A program made the position numbers and the translations under genes. A DNA stretch of 57,911 nt from NCBI GenBank assembly GCA_041485905.1, contig JBGPKK010000006.1:1-57911 (forward strand). The letters run 5' to 3'. The DNA comes from Vicinamibacteria bacterium. Lineage in GTDB: Bacteria; Acidobacteriota; Vicinamibacteria; Vicinamibacterales; CAVVIG01. Below are positions 37,130-46,658 of the stretch, piece by piece; position 1 is the stretch's first letter; each line of letters begins with the position of its first letter. The notes under the pieces are model-generated. The model was not told the DNA's origin. It saw only the letters and a list, made by a program, of their open reading frames with translations, and made no database searches.

Positions 37130-38001
37130 TAAAGGGCATCATCCTTGCCGGCGGATCGGGGTCGCGGTTGCACCCGCTGACGCGCGCCGTGAGCAAGCAG
37201 CTCATGCCCATCTACAACAAGCCGATGGTGTACTACCCGATCTCGACGTTGATGCTGTCGGGGATCCGGCAGATCCTCGTCATCACCACGCCGCACGAGC
37301 AGGAGGGTTTCAGACGGCTGCTAGGCGACGGATCGGAAATCGGCCTGCAGATCGAGTATGCCGCGCAGCCGAGCCCCGACGGCCTCGCGCAGGCGTTCAT
37401 CATCGGCCGGACGTTCATCGGGAGCGACCGCGTGACGCTGGCGCTGGGCGACAATATTTTTTATGGCGCGCATTTCTCCGATTACCTGCGCAGCGCCGCG
37501 GCGCGCGAGACGGGCGCGACGGTGTTCGGGTATCAGGTCCGCGACCCGGAACGCTACGGCGTCGTCGAGCTCGATGCCTCGGGCCGCCCCGTCAGTCTCG
37601 AAGAGAAACCGGCCAAGCCCAGATCGTCGTACGCCGTGACCGGCTTGTACTTCTACGACAACAAGGTCGTCGACATCGCGGCGCGGCTGCGCCCGTCGCC
37701 ACGCGGCGAGCTCGAAATCACCGACATCAACCGGCAGTACCTCGAGCGGTCCGAGCTTCACGTCGAAAAGCTCGCGCGCGGCATCGCGTGGCTCGACACT
37801 GGTACCCATGAATCCCTCATGCAGGCATCCAACTACATTCATGCCATCGAAGAGCGCCAGGGTCTGATGGTGGCCTGCCTGGAGGAGATTGCGTACCGCA
37901 TGGGGTATATCACCGCCGCCGATCTGGGACGGCTGGCGCGGACGATGGAGTCGAGCGGCTACGGCCGGTACCTCCTCCGCGTGCTCGAACAGGAGTCTTA
38001 A
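37126..38001 (+). CDS. rfbA: Glucose-1-phosphate thymidylyltransferase
   Basis: [41 protein letters not shown]. Confidence 0.97.
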   Translation: MIKGIILAGGSGSRLHPLTRAVSKQLMPIYNKPMVYYPISTLMLSGIRQILVITTPHEQEGFRRLLGDGSEIGLQIEYAAQPSPDGLAQAFIIGRTFIGSDRVTLALGDNIFYGAHFSDYLRSAAARETGATVFGYQVRDPERYGVVELDASGRPVSLEEKPAKPRSSYAVTGLYFYDNKVVDIAARLRPSPRGELEITDINRQYLERSELHVEKLARGIAWLDTGTHESLMQASNYIHAIEERQGLMVACLEEIAYRMGYITAADLGRLARTMESSGYGRYLLRVLEQES

Positions 38002-38163
38002 CAGCCCGTGGTGCAGCCCCATCTGCATTCGAACGGCGAGGCATCCCGGCTGGCTGCGTTGCTTCTCCCTCAAATATTCCCGATATTCTCGGTCGTCGCG
38101 CCTTGCCAGCCGGGCGCCTCGCCGTTCTCGGTGCGACGATGGCGTCGCACCACGGGCTGTTAA
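37998..38163. mobile_element. MITE-like element (166 bp)
   Basis: Perfect 17-bp terminal inverted repeat TTAACAGCCCGTGGTGC / GCACCACGGGCTGTTAA; internal arms GAACGGCGAGGC / GCCTCGCCGTTC and CCCGGCTGGC / GCCAGCCGGG. Confidence 0.75.
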
Positions 38164-38164
38164 C

Positions 38165-38722
38165 GTGCGGTTTGTACCGACCGAGCTGCCCGACGTCATC
38201 GTCGTCGAGCCGGACGTTCACCGCGACGGACGCGGCTTCTTCCTGGAAACCTATCACGCCGAGAAGTATCGCGGCGGCGGCATCCACGGCCCGTTCATCC
38301 AGGACAACCATTCGCAGTCGGTGGCCGGGACGCTTCGAGGGCTTCACCTGCAGATGCCGCGCCCGCAAGGGAAGCTGATTCGCGTCATCCAGGGCGAGAT
38401 CTTCGACGTGGCGGTGGACGTCAGGCGGGGATCCCCCACGTTCGGCCGCTGGGTGGGCGTCACGATTTCCGCGGACAACTTCAAGCAGTGCTACGTGCCG
38501 CCTGGCTTCGCCCACGGGTTCTCGGTCGTGAGCCCGATGGCGCAGGTCGAGTACAAGTGCACGGCCCTGTACGATCCGGCGAGCGAGATCGGCGTCGCAT
38601 GGAACGATCCGGCGCTGGCGATCGCCTGGCCCGTTGCCGAACCGCTGCTGTCGGATCGCGATCGGCGTCATCCGACGTTGGCCCAGATTCTCGACGTCCT
38701 GCCCGAATGGAGCCGATCGTGA
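38165..38722 (+). CDS. rfbC: dTDP-4-dehydrorhamnose 3,5-epimerase
   Basis: [34 protein letters not shown]; GTG start at 38165. Confidence 0.95.
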   Translation: MRFVPTELPDVIVVEPDVHRDGRGFFLETYHAEKYRGGGIHGPFIQDNHSQSVAGTLRGLHLQMPRPQGKLIRVIQGEIFDVAVDVRRGSPTFGRWVGVTISADNFKQCYVPPGFAHGFSVVSPMAQVEYKCTALYDPASEIGVAWNDPALAIAWPVAEPLLSDRDRRHPTLAQILDVLPEWSRS

Positions 38723-38763
38723 AGTAGTGTGGATCTTCACTCCTACCCGCAGCTCGTGACAGA

Positions 38764-38858
38764 TGTGTAAGATCAGCGACAAACTCGTTGTCGGCTGAAC
38801 ACGGGCCTCCGCACAAATCCTTGATTTCCTTTGAAAAACATGCCGGTACGCCGCTTGC
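38764..38858 (+). promoter_or_regulatory. Sigma-54 promoter with IHF site and candidate enhancer
   Basis: CGGTACGCCGCTTGC (GG 38845-46, GC 38857-58); IHF match AATCAAGGATTTG on the minus strand at 38814-38826; TGT-N10-ACA at 38766-38781. Confidence 0.65.
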
Positions 38859-38869
38859 CCTTCGGGTAA

Positions 38870-38970
38870 GCACAGTCGCTGGTCTGATTACGGCAGGGCG
38901 CCGTGAATGCTGGGGGAGCCAGACCAGTGAGGCGAAGGGGCATCGCAATGACGCGATGCCCTTTTGTTTT
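38870..38970 (+). ncRNA. Candidate small RNA or structured leader of about 100 nt
   Basis: 11-bp stem 38876-86/38920-30 enclosing a second hairpin, followed by an intrinsic terminator. Confidence 0.5.
38935..38970 (+). terminator. Intrinsic terminator
   Basis: AAGGGGCATCGC-AATGAC-GCGATGCCCTTT followed by TGTTTT. Confidence 0.85.
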
Positions 38971-39002
38971 GTACGGGCTAAGATGCCACGCTCAGCGCAG
39001 AT

Positions 39003-39764
39003 ATGAGAGTGGATCTGAACGCCGACCTCGGCGAGTCGTTTGGCGCCTACGTGATCGGCAACGACGCCGCGCTGATGCGCTCGATCACGTCGGCATCGGT
39101 CGCGGCCGGATTTCACGGCGGCGATCCTTCAGTCCTGCGGCGCACGATCCGCCTCGCGAAATCGCACGGCGTGGCGATCGGCGCGCATCCGGGCTTTCCA
39201 GATCTCGTTGGCTTCGGCCGGCGGGAGCTTCAGGTTGACGCGTCGGAAGCCGAGGACTTCGTGCTGTATCAGATTGCCGCCGTGGCGGGCGTTGCGGCTG
39301 CCGAAGGTGTGAAGCTGCAGCACGTCAAGCCGCACGGGGCGTTGTTCAACATGGCCGTGCGGAATGTGGGACTTGCCACGGCGATCGCGAGAGCGGTGGC
39401 GGCATTTGACGCCTCGCTGATTCTCTTTGGTTTACCCGGATCCGAGATTCTCAACGCCGGCCGCACCGCGGGCCTTCGCGTTGCCGCCGAGGTTTTTGCC
39501 GATCGCGCGTACGAGGCGGACGGATCGTTGACGCCACGTAGTAGACCGGGCTCGGTGATTCACGACCCGGCGGCCGTCCTCTCCCGCGTCCTTGGAATGA
39601 TTCAGAATCGCGCGGTCGCCGCGGTCGACGGCAAGGTTGTGCCGCTCGAGGCCGACACGATCTGCATCCATGGCGACACGCCGGGAGCGGAAGACCTCGC
39701 CGCCAGACTGCGCGCCGGCCTCGAGGCGGCAGGCGTGGCGGTGAAGGCCATTGGATTGCCGTAA
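39003..39764 (+). CDS. pxpA: 5-oxoprolinase subunit A (LamB/YcsF)
   Basis: DLNADLGESFG, GFHGGDP, GAHP, HVKPHGALFN, EVFADRAY, CIHGD. Confidence 0.93.
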   Translation: MRVDLNADLGESFGAYVIGNDAALMRSITSASVAAGFHGGDPSVLRRTIRLAKSHGVAIGAHPGFPDLVGFGRRELQVDASEAEDFVLYQIAAVAGVAAAEGVKLQHVKPHGALFNMAVRNVGLATAIARAVAAFDASLILFGLPGSEILNAGRTAGLRVAAEVFADRAYEADGSLTPRSRPGSVIHDPAAVLSRVLGMIQNRAVAAVDGKVVPLEADTICIHGDTPGAEDLAARLRAGLEAAGVAVKAIGLP

Positions 39765-39880
39765 CGACGCACTGGCGAAACACTGCGGCCGTCGATCTGT
39801 TCTTCGGTTGTTGCAACGGACAGCCGTGACAGCCGCCGCGTCGCGGATGGTCGATCCGATACAGCTGAGAGCTCGAATGA

Positions 39881-41602
39881 CTACCCACCGTTGTTCCTGA
39901 GCGCCCTTCGGAGGATTTTTCCCACCATCGTTTTCGGCAGGTCGTTGCGAAATTCGATTCGTGACGGCACCTTGTACGGCGCGACGCGCTCGCGGCAGAA
40001 CGCCCGCAGCTCGGCTTCCGTCGCTTTCTGGCCCGCGCGCAACACGACCCAGGCCTTCACGGCTTCGCCTTTGACCGGATCCGTCACGCCGGCGACGCCG
40101 ACCTCGGCGATCGCGGGATGCGACGCCAGGACTTCCTCGATCTCTCGCGGCCACACCTGATACCCGCTCGTTTTAATCAGGTCTTTCTTGCGATCGACGA
40201 TGAACAGGTAGCCGTCTTCGTCGAGGTAGCCGAGATCGCCGGTGTGCAGCCATACGCGGCTGAGGGAAGGCGTCTCGGCGTGGTCGCGCAGCACGATCGC
40301 CGTTTCTTCAGGACGGTTCCAGAATCCCGACATCAGTTGTGGCGCGGAAAGCGCGATCTCGCCGACCTCGCTTGCAGGCAGCGGTCGATTGCCTTCCTCG
40401 GCATCGAAGATGCGGACGTGCACGTCGGGAAGCGGCATGCCCACCGACCCCAGTTTGTTCGGCCCATCGACGGGGTTCACGCAGAGTGCCATCATCGCCT
40501 CGGTCAGCGAGTAGCCCTCGACAATCCGGCCGCCGGTCAGCGATTCGAATCGCCGCTTCGTGTCTGCCAGCAGGGCGGCTGCGCCCGAGAAGCAGATCTT
40601 GATCGATTTGAAGTCGACCTTGCCGCTTTGCACATCCGGGTGGTTGAGCAGCGCGACGTACATCGTGGGCACGCCGTTGAAGAACGCCGGCTTCACGCGG
40701 CGAATGGTGGCCAGCAGATCGGCCAGGTCACGGGGATTGGGGACGAGCGCGACCGGATTGCCGTTCACCAACGCCAGAGCTTGGATGCCCACGTTGGCGT
40801 AAACATGGAACAACGGCAGCGGCGCCAGGATGACGTCTCGCTCACCGCCGAGGACTGACTCGGTCCAGGCCTTCACCTGCAGGCCGGTGAAGACGTACGC
40901 GCGGTGCGCGCCCAGCGCGCCTTTCGGAGTACCGGTGGTGCCGCCGCTCATCAACAGGACCGCGGGATCGGCCGCTGTGAGTGTGGCGCGGGTCGGCCGG
41001 CGCCCGTCGTTGATCCGCAGCAGGCGTGCGAAGTCGTGATCGCCAGGGGCGAGGTCGATGCGATCGCCCTCGCGTGTCTCCCGGGCGATCGTAAACATCA
41101 ACCGCAGAACGGCCGGAAAGTGATCCTTGATGTTCGTAGCGATGATATGGCGCAGGGGTGTGCGGCCCTGCAGCGGCTTCACGCGCGCGTAAAACCGGGT
41201 CAGTGTGACGATCGTCTCGATCCCGTGCTCACCGAGCGGCCCTTCCAGCTCACGCTCCGTGTAGGTCGGGTTCAGGGGCGCGACGATTGCCCCCAGCTTC
41301 CAGGCGCCGAACTGAGCGATCAGGAATTGTGGACAGTTGGGAAGGAGCAGCGCGATCCGATCGCCGCGCCGGATCCCCAGGGTTTCGAATGCGCACGCGC
41401 ACGCGTCGCTCAGGCGTTCGAGCGCGCCCCACGTGATCGTGGACCCTTTGAAAAGGATCGCCGGGCGATCGGATCGATCTCGCGCGGCGTCAGCCAGGTA
41501 ATCGACCAGCGTCCGGGTCGGATACGGCGCCAGCGTCCGCGGCACGCCAGGGTCGTAATGATCAAGCCATGGGGCGGTTGGGGTTGTCGAGTTCAACGAC
41601 AC
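39881..41602 (-). CDS. Long-chain fatty acid-CoA ligase
   Basis: SGGTTGTPKG, PLFHVY, EGYSLTE, WLHTGDLG, DRKKDLI, PKTMVGKILRR. Confidence 0.92.
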   Translation of the reverse strand: MSLNSTTPTAPWLDHYDPGVPRTLAPYPTRTLVDYLADAARDRSDRPAILFKGSTITWGALERLSDACACAFETLGIRRGDRIALLLPNCPQFLIAQFGAWKLGAIVAPLNPTYTERELEGPLGEHGIETIVTLTRFYARVKPLQGRTPLRHIIATNIKDHFPAVLRLMFTIARETREGDRIDLAPGDHDFARLLRINDGRRPTRATLTAADPAVLLMSGGTTGTPKGALGAHRAYVFTGLQVKAWTESVLGGERDVILAPLPLFHVYANVGIQALALVNGNPVALVPNPRDLADLLATIRRVKPAFFNGVPTMYVALLNHPDVQSGKVDFKSIKICFSGAAALLADTKRRFESLTGGRIVEGYSLTEAMMALCVNPVDGPNKLGSVGMPLPDVHVRIFDAEEGNRPLPASEVGEIALSAPQLMSGFWNRPEETAIVLRDHAETPSLSRVWLHTGDLGYLDEDGYLFIVDRKKDLIKTSGYQVWPREIEEVLASHPAIAEVGVAGVTDPVKGEAVKAWVVLRAGQKATEAELRAFCRERVAPYKVPSRIEFRNDLPKTMVGKILRRALRNNGG

Positions 41603-41672
41603 AACGTAAAACGAAAACCGTCAAACGTAAAGAGATTGCTCGCCGGCCGCTTTACGTTCTGCGTCTTACGTT
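41602..41672. repeat. Inverted heptamer array (AAACGTA / TTACGTT)
   Basis: aacgtaaaacgaaaaccgtcaaacgtaaa ... tttacgttctgcgtcttacgtt. Confidence 0.55.
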
Positions 41673-42631
41673 GCTGATTGCGGAGCCAGGAGCATCAGGA
41701 GCAGCGCCTTCTGGCAGTGCAGCCGGTTCTCGGCCTGGTCGAACACGATCGACGCCGGCGATTCGAAGACGTCGCTCGTGACTTCCTCGCCCCGATGCGC
41801 CGGCAGGCAATGCATGAAGAACGCGCCGGGCTTGGCGAGCGACATCAGATCCTCGTTGACCTGGTACGCCGCGAACGCCCGGCGGCGGACCTCGGCTTCC
41901 GCCTCTTTTCCCATCGACGTCCAGGTATCGGTGTAGACCGCATCGACGCCGGCCACGGCGTCGGCCGCCTCGTTGAACAGCCGAAGCCGTGCGCCATGCG
42001 ACGCGGCGTGGGTCGATTGCTGGACCACCGTGTCTGGCAGCTGGTAGCCGTCAGGACTGGCGACGTGCAGGTTGACGCCCAGCAGCGCGGACGCGTGCGC
42101 CAGCGACGTGGCCACGTTGTTCCCGTCGCCGACATACGCAATCGTCCGGCCGCGCAGCGCGCCCCAGTGCTCGCCCAGCGTCAGGAAATCGGCAACGACC
42201 TGGCACGGGTGCTCGTTGTCGGTGAGCGCGTTGATGACATGCATGCGGCACGCGCAGGCCGCAAACTGCTCGAGCACCTGGTGCGAGAACGTCCGGATCA
42301 CCACGGCGTCGATCCATCGCTCGAGGGTGCGCGCGACGTCGACGATTGCCTCGCGCTGTCCGAGCGCGGCGTCCGGCTGCAGACCGATGACCGTGCCGCC
42401 AAGCTCTCGGACCGCGATCTCGAACGTCGTGCGCGTCCGCAGCGACGATTTTTCGAACAGCATCGCCACGTATCGGCCGCCGAGCGCCGCGGCCGTCGGC
42501 GCCTGCGGACCCAGCACCCGGTCAGCCTTGATCCGCGCAGCCAGCTCCAGACACCGCTCGAGATCGGCGGCGTCCAGGTCGAGGACCGAGAGGAAATCCT
42601 TTCGAGGAGTGACCGAGGCTGAGTTGGGCAT
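41666..42631 (-). CDS. argF: Ornithine carbamoyltransferase
   Basis: KSSLRTR, HPCQ, GDGNNV, DTWTSMG, HCLP, QAENR. Confidence 0.95.
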   Translation of the reverse strand: MPNSASVTPRKDFLSVLDLDAADLERCLELAARIKADRVLGPQAPTAAALGGRYVAMLFEKSSLRTRTTFEIAVRELGGTVIGLQPDAALGQREAIVDVARTLERWIDAVVIRTFSHQVLEQFAACACRMHVINALTDNEHPCQVVADFLTLGEHWGALRGRTIAYVGDGNNVATSLAHASALLGVNLHVASPDGYQLPDTVVQQSTHAASHGARLRLFNEAADAVAGVDAVYTDTWTSMGKEAEAEVRRRAFAAYQVNEDLMSLAKPGAFFMHCLPAHRGEEVTSDVFESPASIVFDQAENRLHCQKALLLMLLAPQSAT

Positions 42632-42640
42632 AACAGATCC

Positions 42641-42725
42641 TGGAATCTGGTCATCTGGTCATTTGGTCATTTGGTCATTCAATCGATCGATCAATCAATG
42701 ACCAGATGACCAGATGACCAAATTC
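42641..42725. repeat. Inverted octamer array
   Basis: (TGGTCATY)x4, a short AATCGATCGATCAATCA spacer, then (ATGACCAR)x3. Confidence 0.8.
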
Positions 42726-42736
42726 ATGATTGTCCG

Positions 42737-44002
42737 TCAGGTTCGGTAATCCGCGTTGATGCGTACGTATTCCGCGCTCAGGTCGCACGTCCAGACAGTC
42801 GACGTCGCATTCCCGACGCCGAGGTCCAGCGACAGGTCGATCTCTTTCCGTTTCAGATACTCGGCCGCTCGAGGCGCAGCCTCGTCGTGCGGTCGCCCGT
42901 CCTCGAACAGCACGGCAGGACCGATCCGGACCGACGCGCGCGACAGATCGAACGCCACGCCCGCACGACCGGCAACCGCGATCAGGCGGCCCCAATTGGG
43001 ATCGCCGCCGTGGATGGCGGTTTTCACGAGCAGCGAGTTGGCGATCGCCTTCGCCGTCCGCCGCGCCTGGTCGGCCGACCGGGCGCCGGTGACCGTCACT
43101 GTCACCAGTTTCGTGGCCCCCTCGCCGCCGCGCACGATCCCGAGCGCCAGCTCGCGGCAGACGGTCCGCAGGCCGTCGACGAATACACCGTAGCTCGCCT
43201 CGTCCACGACTCCGCCGCCGGCGCCGTTGGCGAGCAGCATCACACAATCGTTGGTTGAGCATTCGCCGTCGACGGTGATGGCGTTGAACGTGTCGTTCAC
43301 CGCCTCGCCGAGCGCGCGGTCGAGCAGCGCTCTCGGCACCGACGCATCGGTTGCCACAAACGCGAGCATCGTCGCCATCATCGGCTCGATCATGCCCGCG
43401 CCTTTGGCCATGCCCCCAATGCCGATCGTCCGGCCGCCGATCGTGATCTGGACCGCCGCTTCTTTGGGAAACGGATCGGTCGTCATAATCGCGCGGGCCG
43501 CCGCGCCACCCTGATCCGCGCTGAGCGCGGCACTCGCCGCCGCCAGTCCTGCTGTGATCTTCGCGATCGGCAGCGAGACACCGATCACGCCGGTCGAAGC
43601 GACGAGCACCTGCTCGGTCGGGCAGCCGACCAGACGCGCGGTCTGCTCCGCCATCTCTCGGGCCACCTGCAGCCCCTCGTCGCCCGTACAGGCGTTGGCG
43701 CAGCCGCTGTTGACGATGATGGCGCGCGCGATGCCGCCCGAACGCGCGAGGTGCTCGCGGGAAACGAGAATCGGCGCTGCCTGGGCGAGGTTCGTGGTGA
43801 ACACGGCTGCCGCCGTCGCCGGGACGTCTGAGACGAGCAAGGCAAGGTCGAGCGGCGCAGGCGTGGAGGGGACGTTCGAGGCCGGTGGCTCACTGCTTCG
43901 CTTGATCCCGGCGCTGACCCCGGCGGCCCGGAAGCCTTGCGGCGTGGTGACGCCGCCGCCTGCCCCGAGCGGCGTCGAGGGGCTGATGGTGCCGATCGTC
44001 AT
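42737..44002 (-). CDS. argJ: Ornithine acetyltransferase ArgJ
   Basis: VFTTN, NSGCANACTG, STGVIG, IMTTD, KGAGMIEPMMATML, STND, EGATK, DPNWGR; start at ATG 44002. Confidence 0.96.
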   Translation of the reverse strand: MTIGTISPSTPLGAGGGVTTPQGFRAAGVSAGIKRSSEPPASNVPSTPAPLDLALLVSDVPATAAAVFTTNLAQAAPILVSREHLARSGGIARAIIVNSGCANACTGDEGLQVAREMAEQTARLVGCPTEQVLVASTGVIGVSLPIAKITAGLAAASAALSADQGGAAARAIMTTDPFPKEAAVQITIGGRTIGIGGMAKGAGMIEPMMATMLAFVATDASVPRALLDRALGEAVNDTFNAITVDGECSTNDCVMLLANGAGGGVVDEASYGVFVDGLRTVCRELALGIVRGGEGATKLVTVTVTGARSADQARRTAKAIANSLLVKTAIHGGDPNWGRLIAVAGRAGVAFDLSRASVRIGPAVLFEDGRPHDEAAPRAAEYLKRKEIDLSLDLGVGNATSTVWTCDLSAEYVRINADYRT

Positions 44003-44523
44003 GCGTAGCGCGCGGCGGAGTCGGCCGCAGCCACGGCTGGCCTGACCCGGGCGTCGAGCGGCATCACCATCGCGTACTGCCCGCAGCGGCGGAATTGCGG
44101 GCACTTCATGCAGTCGGTGAACACCTTCTCGATCAGCCACAGGTGCGGCACGATCGAGAAGCCCATGCCGATGAAATATCCCGGGGCGTGCGTGAAGGCG
44201 CAGAGTTTTTCGTACCCGTCGTGCCGCGCGCGCCGCCGCAGCTCGTCGACGATGGCGGTCCCCACGCCGCTGCCGCGCTCGGCTCCGTCGACGGCGAGCG
44301 ATCGCACCTCTGCGACATGAGCGCTGAGTGGCGCCAGCTCCGCGCAGCCGACGATATTTCGTCCGCGCACGGCGAGCACGAATCGATCGGCGTGCGCTTC
44401 GATCTCGGTCAGCGTCCGCGGCAGCAGACGCCCCTCTTCGAGGTTCGCCAGAATCAAGGCATGGACGCGTTTCGCGTTCGACGCCTCCGCCGGTCGAATC
44501 GTGACTGCAGCGCGACGCCTCAT
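43999..44523 (-). CDS. argA: Short GNAT N-acetylglutamate synthase
   Basis: LLPR, AEVRSLAV, GSGVG, KVFTDCMKC; position within the arg operon. Confidence 0.8.
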   Translation of the reverse strand: MRRRAAVTIRPAEASNAKRVHALILANLEEGRLLPRTLTEIEAHADRFVLAVRGRNIVGCAELAPLSAHVAEVRSLAVDGAERGSGVGTAIVDELRRRARHDGYEKLCAFTHAPGYFIGMGFSIVPHLWLIEKVFTDCMKCPQFRRCGQYAMVMPLDARVRPAVAAADSAARYA

Positions 44524-45734
44524 GCGGGGCCTCCGTCGGCCTCGACCAGGCCGAGCGCGGCATCGAGCCGTGCCAGTCCCTCGTCGAGCTCGTCTACGGT
44601 GATGATGAGCGGCGGCAGCAGTCGAACGACGGTTCCCGCCGTGCGATTGACGACGACGCCTTGCGACAGCGCCGCGGGCACGACGGCCGCGGCGTCACGG
44701 TTCAGCTCGATCCCCCAGATAAGCCCGCCGCCCCTGACGTCCTTGACGATCGGGTGCGCGGCAGCGATCCCTTTGAGCCGTTGTTCGACGTGGCGGCCGA
44801 CGCGCCCGATGTGCGCGAGCAGGCCGCCTCCCACCAGTTCGTCCAGCACGCACAGCGCGGCGCGGCAGGCGAGAAGGTTTCCACCGTAGGTGCTCCCGTG
44901 GTCGCCGAAGGAAATCGTGTGCGCGACCTCTTCGCTGATGAGCGCGGCGCCGATCGGCACGCCGCCGCCCAGCGCCTTCCCGAGCGACATCAGATGCGGC
45001 TTCAGACCGATGGCCGCCGAGTAAAACGGATAGCCGGTTCGTCCGAGTCCGCTCTGCACTTCATCCGCGATGAGCAGCGCGCCGGTGCGATGGCACGCGT
45101 CCATGATGGCCGCGCCGAATGCCGGGGTCAGCGGCCGGATGCCGCCTTCGCCCTGGATCGGCTCGACGATGATCGCCCCAGTTGCATTCGAGACCGCCAC
45201 CTTGAGGGCCGCTGGATCGTTCGCCGGAACAAATCGAACGCCGGCGAGGAGCGGCTCGAACGGCGCGCGGTAGTGCTCGTCAGACGTGACGGACAGCGAT
45301 CCGAACGTGCGCCCGTGAAACGACCCGTCGAGCGCGATGATCTCGGGCCGCGATTCGCCGCGGGTGTACCAAAAGCGCCGCGCGAACTTCAGGCACGCTT
45401 CAACGGCCTCGGTGCCGCTGTTGCAGAAGAATGCGCGCGGCAGGCCGGAGAGGTTCGCCAGGCGCTCGGCGAGCTGACCCTGCAGCGGGTGATAAAAGAG
45501 GTTCGACGTGTGCATCAAGGTCTGCGCCTGATCCGCAATCGCGCGCGCCAGACCCGGATGCGCATGGCCCAGGGCGGCGACGCCGATCCCGGACAGCAGA
45601 TCCAGATACTCGCGGCCTTCGGCGTCGTACAGCCGCACGCCCGCACCACGGACGAACGTCACGGGCGCGCGGCGATAGGTCTGCAGAACGTGTCGGGCTT
45701 CGAGCGCTTGAACGTCGGCTATTACTGTCGTCAT
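44520..45734 (-). CDS. argD: Acetylornithine aminotransferase
   Basis: NSGTEAVE, FHGRT, EPIQGEGG, DEVQSGLGRTG, GKALGGG, TYGGN. Confidence 0.95.
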   Translation of the reverse strand: MTTVIADVQALEARHVLQTYRRAPVTFVRGAGVRLYDAEGREYLDLLSGIGVAALGHAHPGLARAIADQAQTLMHTSNLFYHPLQGQLAERLANLSGLPRAFFCNSGTEAVEACLKFARRFWYTRGESRPEIIALDGSFHGRTFGSLSVTSDEHYRAPFEPLLAGVRFVPANDPAALKVAVSNATGAIIVEPIQGEGGIRPLTPAFGAAIMDACHRTGALLIADEVQSGLGRTGYPFYSAAIGLKPHLMSLGKALGGGVPIGAALISEEVAHTISFGDHGSTYGGNLLACRAALCVLDELVGGGLLAHIGRVGRHVEQRLKGIAAAHPIVKDVRGGGLIWGIELNRDAAAVVPAALSQGVVVNRTAGTVVRLLPPLIITVDELDEGLARLDAALGLVEADGGPA

Positions 45735-46561
45735 ATTCGGATGCTCTCGCTTCTGTCTGTCACGAGCCGCGTGGCTTGGGATGGCACGCGTGGGCCCGCC
45801 GCCGCGGCAAGCGCGTCCGGGTCGCGCCCATCGACAATCACCACGTCGTCCACGTCGTTGGCCAGGGCCTCCTGGCAGGCGCGCAGCTTGGCCATCATCC
45901 CGGCCGTCGCGGTGCCGTTCGCCAGAAGCTCGGCGATCGCCCTGTCATGGAGCGACGGGATCGTCACGCCGTCCGCCCCGAGGACTCCCGGTGTCGTCCC
46001 CGCGATCACCAGCCGCCTGGCCCGGAGCCGCGCCGCCAGATGACCCGCGAACGTGTCCGCGTTGACGTTCAGGAGCCGGCCGTCCCGTCCCACGCCGATG
46101 GAGGCGATGACGGGGACGAAGCCCCCTTGCAGCAACGTGTGCACGATCCGCGTATCGGCGCCAGCCGCCGGTATGCCAACCCGGCCGAGATCGACGAGGC
46201 GGCCGTCGAGCGTGCGATGAAGCGGCGCCACTTCCGACAAGCCGCACGCGCCATCCGCTCCGGTCAGGCCCACCGCCGCCACGCCCGCGGCCGTCAGGGC
46301 GGCGACCAGTCGCGTGTTCACCAAGCCCGCGAGCACCGACACGACGACGGTCAAAGTCGGGTCGTCGGTGATGCGCAGCCCCTCGACCTGCCGGTTTTCG
46401 ATACCGGCGGCTTTCAGCGCGGCGTCGATCTCGCGGCCGCCCCCGTGGACGACAACGAGCGGTGTCGAGACCGCGATCTCCCGGATGGCGGTCACGATAG
46501 GGTGCAGGCGCTCCGGATTCTCGAGCAGCTCGCCGCCAAACTTCAGAACGAGCGGTCTCAC
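45731..46561 (-). CDS. argB: Acetylglutamate kinase
   Basis: LKFGG, VHGGG, GLRITD, NVNAD, GMMAKL; GTG start near 46561. Confidence 0.93.
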   Translation of the reverse strand: MRPLVLKFGGELLENPERLHPIVTAIREIAVSTPLVVVHGGGREIDAALKAAGIENRQVEGLRITDDPTLTVVVSVLAGLVNTRLVAALTAAGVAAVGLTGADGACGLSEVAPLHRTLDGRLVDLGRVGIPAAGADTRIVHTLLQGGFVPVIASIGVGRDGRLLNVNADTFAGHLAARLRARRLVIAGTTPGVLGADGVTIPSLHDRAIAELLANGTATAGMMAKLRACQEALANDVDDVVIVDGRDPDALAAAAGPRVPSQATRLVTDRSESIRI

Positions 46562-46575
46562 GACCGCACCCGACA

Positions 46576-46632
46576 AAGTCTCAAGTCTGCAGTCTGAAGT
46601 CTGCCGGGCTTCAGCCTTGAGACTTCGTACTT
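46576..46632. repeat. Inverted heptamer array (AGTCTGA / AGACTT)
   Basis: aagtctc aagtctg cagtctg aagtctg ... cagccttgagacttcgtactt. Confidence 0.6.
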
Positions 46633-46658
46633 CCGCACGGCTCTGCGCGCCGCAGGCG

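Noticed and set aside
38870-38970. Known riboswitch upstream of pxpA
   Set aside because: I could not match it by eye to any riboswitch consensus; kept only as an unnamed candidate RNA
38788-39006. 72-aa ORF in the rfbC-pxpA gap
   Set aside because: TTG start without a clear RBS; crosses the promoter elements and the terminator
36044-39764. Missing rfbD and pxpB/pxpC as evidence of new pathways
   Set aside because: These genes are often elsewhere in the genome; cannot be judged from one window
41666-42631. N-acetylornithine carbamoyltransferase, suggested by SLRT
   Set aside because: The ornithine-binding DxxxSMG motif is intact and ArgJ supplies ornithine
42737-44563. 608-aa extended ArgJ, and similar long N-termini for argB, ggt, rfbC, DGQHR, 22148-23029 and 15410-16453
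   Set aside because: Extensions overlap real neighbouring genes in other frames; downstream starts fit the families
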